Of a DNA stretch of 64,000 nucleotides, positions 60,582 through 64,000 are shown one piece after another. The position numbers and the translations under genes were made by a program. The stretch is from assembly GCA_951406725.2 (NCBI GenBank), contig OX597816.1:172050001-172114000 (forward strand), written 5' to 3'. Below the pieces are notes generated by a model, which did no database searches, had not been told where the DNA came from, and was given only the letters and a program-made list of their open reading frames with translations. Source of the stretch: Octopus vulgaris. Lineage: Eukaryota. Within the stretch, counting starts at the first letter, position 1; every line of letters starts with the position of its first letter.

Positions 60582-60904
60582 TATATTTGCTCAACTTTCA
60601 GTTTGTGGGTCAGTGTTTTAGAAAAAAAAACAAAAAGACTTTCATTTTGGATATTCCCCACTCAAACTCAAATTGTGCTTCATTTTTGTGAGTGAGGGGA
60701 GGAGAAAGAGAAAGAGAGAGAGAGAGAATAAAAGTTTTCTCTCTACAAAGAAGTGATTTAAAATAAACATACCTTAATTGTTGGGTGAGAAAATATATAT
60801 ATTCTGATAATAATTTATTGTATCTTTTAAAAATATCCTTAATTTACAGACTATATCTTGTGTGTTTAAGAAAAGAAAAAAATTTGCTTTCTTTTCCACA
60901 GTAC

Positions 60905-60962
<58 letters not shown>

Positions 60963-60963
<1 letters not shown>

Positions 60964-61123
60964 TCATCATCATCATCATTTAGCGTCTGCTTTCCATGCT
61001 AGCATGGGTTGGACAGTTCAACTGGGGTCTGGGAAGCCAGAAGGCTGCACCAGGCCCAGTTTGATCTGGCAATGTTTCTACGGCTGGATGCCCTTCCTAA
61101 CGCCAACCACTCCATGAGTGTAG
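60963..61123 (-). mobile_element. Retroposon family B 3' fragment
   Basis: (CAT)n plus body reverse complement. Confidence 0.75.
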
Positions 61124-61437
61124 TCAGATCATAAAAATAAGGAAGTGACATTTGTAGAGCTATCTCCAAAGATTAACAATGTGCAACTTTTAGTCTCTCT
61201 CTTTCCCTCTCTCACCCCTCACACACAAAAATGAAACTCAATTCAAGTTTGAGTGGGAATATCTAAAGCAAAAGTTTTTTTTTGTTTTCTAAAACGTTGG
61301 CTCACAGCCTGAAATGTTAAGTCGAACAAATATGTATATTGATAAAATTTAGAAAGAAGTTTGTATTTTGTTGGGATTAATCCAATGATTTTCTTGTCTA
61401 CATATACATACACACTCTTATATACATACATATATAT

Positions 61438-61715
61438 ATTTTCTTTATTTGTGAATTAAGGCTACCATTGGTTTCATGTTAAGAAGAGTAGGGAAATATC
61501 CAAGTGTCTTAATTTTTCAAGCTGATCACATGGAGAAAGGTGTTTGCTTCCATTATGGAAAGCAATCTCCATGTGACTGGCTTGAAAAATTAAGACACTT
61601 GGATATTTCCCTACTTTTCTTAACATGAAACCAATGGTAGCCTTAATTCACAAATGAAGAAATTATTTATCCACCAATGCAGTGTTGAGCACTCATTCCA
61701 TCATTCTACATTTAT
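61438..61715. mobile_element. (TA)n-flanked foldback insert
   Basis: ~97-bp arms 61438-61535 / 61566-61663 plus unique tail. Confidence 0.7.
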
Positions 61716-61716
61716 G

Positions 61717-61761
<45 letters not shown>

Positions 61762-61977
61762 ATGATGATGACACATATACATGGAGGTTATGAGAGGTAA
61801 TGGTGTCATTGAGACCCAAAGGTGTCAGGTAATGCTGAATAAGTACTATGGACCGCAATTAAGTTCCATTCATGAAATAAGATGTGCTGTACAGAAGAGC
61901 AGTGAACACAATGCCTTATCTCACAAACTTTTCAATAATCATAAAGTTTCTTAATACAAAATCTTTTAGTTACTTAC

Positions 61978-62070
61978 CTAAGCATAGTGGACATTGATTC
62001 AGCAAAAATATTACTGGACAAACTGAGCCACTTGGTGTGTAGCAGAGTATGAATTGGTAAATTTATTGGT
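61978..62070 (-). CDS. ATG2: ATG2 coding exon
   Basis: cag|A...CTTAG|gtaagt; (R)PINLPIHTLLHTKWLSLSSNIFAESMSTMLR, like ATG2 RPLYLP...LSSNI...LLR; phases 2/2 fit neighbours. Confidence 0.9.
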
Positions 62071-62179
62071 CTGAATAACAGAATAAAATTTAGTGTTAAA
62101 GCAAAAATGATAACAAAAGAGATTGAAAAGCTTTAGCATCAAATAAAATAGTTAATGCCAAAAGTAAGTATATACGAAC

Positions 62180-62286
62180 CTATAATCAACTGCACAATTC
62201 CAGAGATGAACATGTAGTTGAGTAAGGATCTTGGGTTGAACATAACCATTTATGGGAAAGTCAGCTACATTTAAAAAGTCCAGTGC
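62180..62286 (-). CDS. ATG2: ATG2 coding exon (first in window; upstream exons lie outside)
   Basis: tag|GCA...TATAG|gttcgt; ALDFLNVADFPINGYVQPKILTQLHVHLWNCAVDYR resembles vertebrate ATG2A/B LEFLDV..GY.PP..IT.LH.HL.SC.VDYR. Confidence 0.9.
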
Positions 62287-62560
62287 CTAGTTTTAACAAA
62301 TACAGATTTTTAATCAATATTAAATACAATTCCATGTAACACAAGAGAGTCATTATCCAGCAAATGGTTGTAAATATAAGCTATCAGACTGTGATTAATT
62401 ATTGGTGTCTAGTTGACAAACTAAAATGTTTTAACTTCAGTGAATCCAAAGAGAAAATACAAACTATAATATGAACATCCACAGAAATCTGGATGAAAAA
62501 ATGTGTACATTCTACTTTCATATTTCCTTAGAATTCAATGTAAACATCTGGTGAGATTAA

Positions 62561-62771
62561 CCCTTTTGTTACTGTATTTATTTTGAGATGTTCTGTGTTT
62601 CTTTCAATTACTTTAAATATAATAAAGAATTTAGTAAAATATCATTCAGCTAGTGTTAGGAACATAAATTGTGACTAAGGTTTGGTGGAAGATTTTAATA
62701 CAAAACTTATGAAAACAAGACTTTTGTACTCAGAGCCAGAGCTGGTTTCAGCCGGATTAGAAATGAAAGGG
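62561..62771 (-). mobile_element. piggyBac-like MITE (TTAA TSD)
   Basis: ttaa|cccttt...aaaggg|ttaa; reverse complement of the 12540 element. Confidence 0.8.
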
Positions 62772-63504
62772 TTAAGACAATGCAGAAATAGAAAAGTGTA
62801 CTTTGGAAGAAAGATAAAAACAATACAAATATTTAACACAGATATATAATTTATTATGCAGATATATTGTTTATCATAAAGATATAAAGATTTATTAGGT
62901 AGAGGTATATATATTTTTAAAGTGGTGTGTGTATTATAGACATAGTTCTATGAAATTTGTAGATAATTAGTATCCCAGCAAACATTTTAGGAAATACAAG
63001 TAATTGCACCTTCCAAATAATAAGAACTACTTAAGTTTAAACTTGTAATTCATGAATGAATACTCAAAATCGTAGTTTATAAATGTCATCAGAAGTATTC
63101 ATCTGAGACAGTCACATTAACTCTGCTCTTGACAGCCATGTTACAATACTTCTCCATCACAGATAACTAAATGCTTCTTTTTCATAAGCTACACCATGGA
63201 GTCAGCCTCAGACTACTACAACTGGCTCTCTTCCTATATATAAGATGTATGAAGGAGACAGACTTCCCAAGCTGCACTGCAGATATGTATAGGAGAGCAG
63301 TAACTCCAAACAAAGGCTGGCACAGAGCAGATGGGTCTCTGTGGTCCTACCACAGTTCAGCTCTGTTTTGCTGGTATTCTGATAAAATACATCAAATATA
63401 TGCTATAATATGATTAGTGACAGGAAGAGTATCCAGTCAAAACAACCATCCAAAAAATGGAACTAAGGAGATAAGGACAGTTCTATATTTAAGAGATGAG
63501 GAAT

Positions 63505-63718
63505 TACTCTTTACTCTTACTCTTTTACTTGTTTCAGTCATTTGACTGCGGCCATGCTGGAGCACCGCCTTTAGTCGAGCAAATCGACCCCGGGACTTAT
63601 TCTTTGTAAGCCCAGTACTTATTCTATCAATCTCTTTTGCCGAACCGCTAAGTGACGGGGACGTAAACACACCACCATCGGTTGTCAAGTAATGCTAGGG
63701 GGACAAACACACACATAT

Positions 63719-63767
<49 letters not shown>

Positions 63768-63930
63768 TACGACAGGCTTCTTTCAGTTTCCGTCTACCAA
63801 ATCCACTCACGAGGCATTGGTTGGCCCGAGGCTATAGCAGAAGACACTTGCCCAAGATGCCATGCAGTGGGACTGAACCCGGAACCATGTGGTTGGTTAG
63901 CAAGCTACTTACCACACAGCCACTCCTGCG
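63505..63930 (-). mobile_element. SINE family A
   Basis: Full-length copy. Confidence 0.85.
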
Positions 63931-64000
63931 AATTATGTACATTATTTACATTTGACGGATATTTGTCCTCATCAATGTAAAAGGACAGTAATTCTGAATA

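Larger units (their letters stand above)
60221..61389. mobile_element. Old long-TIR (~180 bp) element with nested Helitron and retroposon
   Basis: 60221-60274 plus 60582-60700 is a diverged reverse complement of ~61210-61389. Confidence 0.65.

Noticed and set aside
1164-63955. Recurrent short ORFs such as MSSNARGTNT..., MLGGQTQTH..., ...LDALPNANHS...
   Set aside because: They are antisense or sense translations of SINE families A and B and of microsatellites, not genes

Overview
This is AT-rich, repeat-dense eukaryotic DNA. The SINE, LINE, Helitron and microsatellite content resembles an octopus (coleoid cephalopod) genome, which is my inference. The only host gene I can support is the 3' part of ATG2 (autophagy lipid-transfer protein) on the minus strand. 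I traced 19 GT-AG coding exons by hand from 62286 down to the TGA stop at 7279-7281. They join in one open frame of 2670 nt (889 aa plus stop) and include the LIR/GIM-like motif, the WIPI-interacting region and the ATG_C terminus; the 5' part lies beyond the window. The introns hold at least four SINE-type families, non-autonomous Helitrons, piggyBac-, Tc1/mariner- and Merlin-like MITEs, RTE/CR1/RLE LINE remnants, a decayed GIY-YIG Penelope-like element and a 3.4-kb satellite of ~51 x 67 bp grown inside a SINE-like element. The most unusual signal is a set of asymmetric foldback inserts of several families, mostly sitting in (TA)n tracts. Several of them fold by eye into type I hammerhead ribozymes: canonical cores at 7692-7738 (-) and 59542-59628 (+), a U4C core at ~6860, and an apparent G3:C8 covariant core at 28874-28924. 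These look like Penelope-like pseudo-LTR footprints. Nearly all ORFs in the supplied track are repeat artefacts. All alignments and folds were done by eye, and repeat boundaries are approximate.
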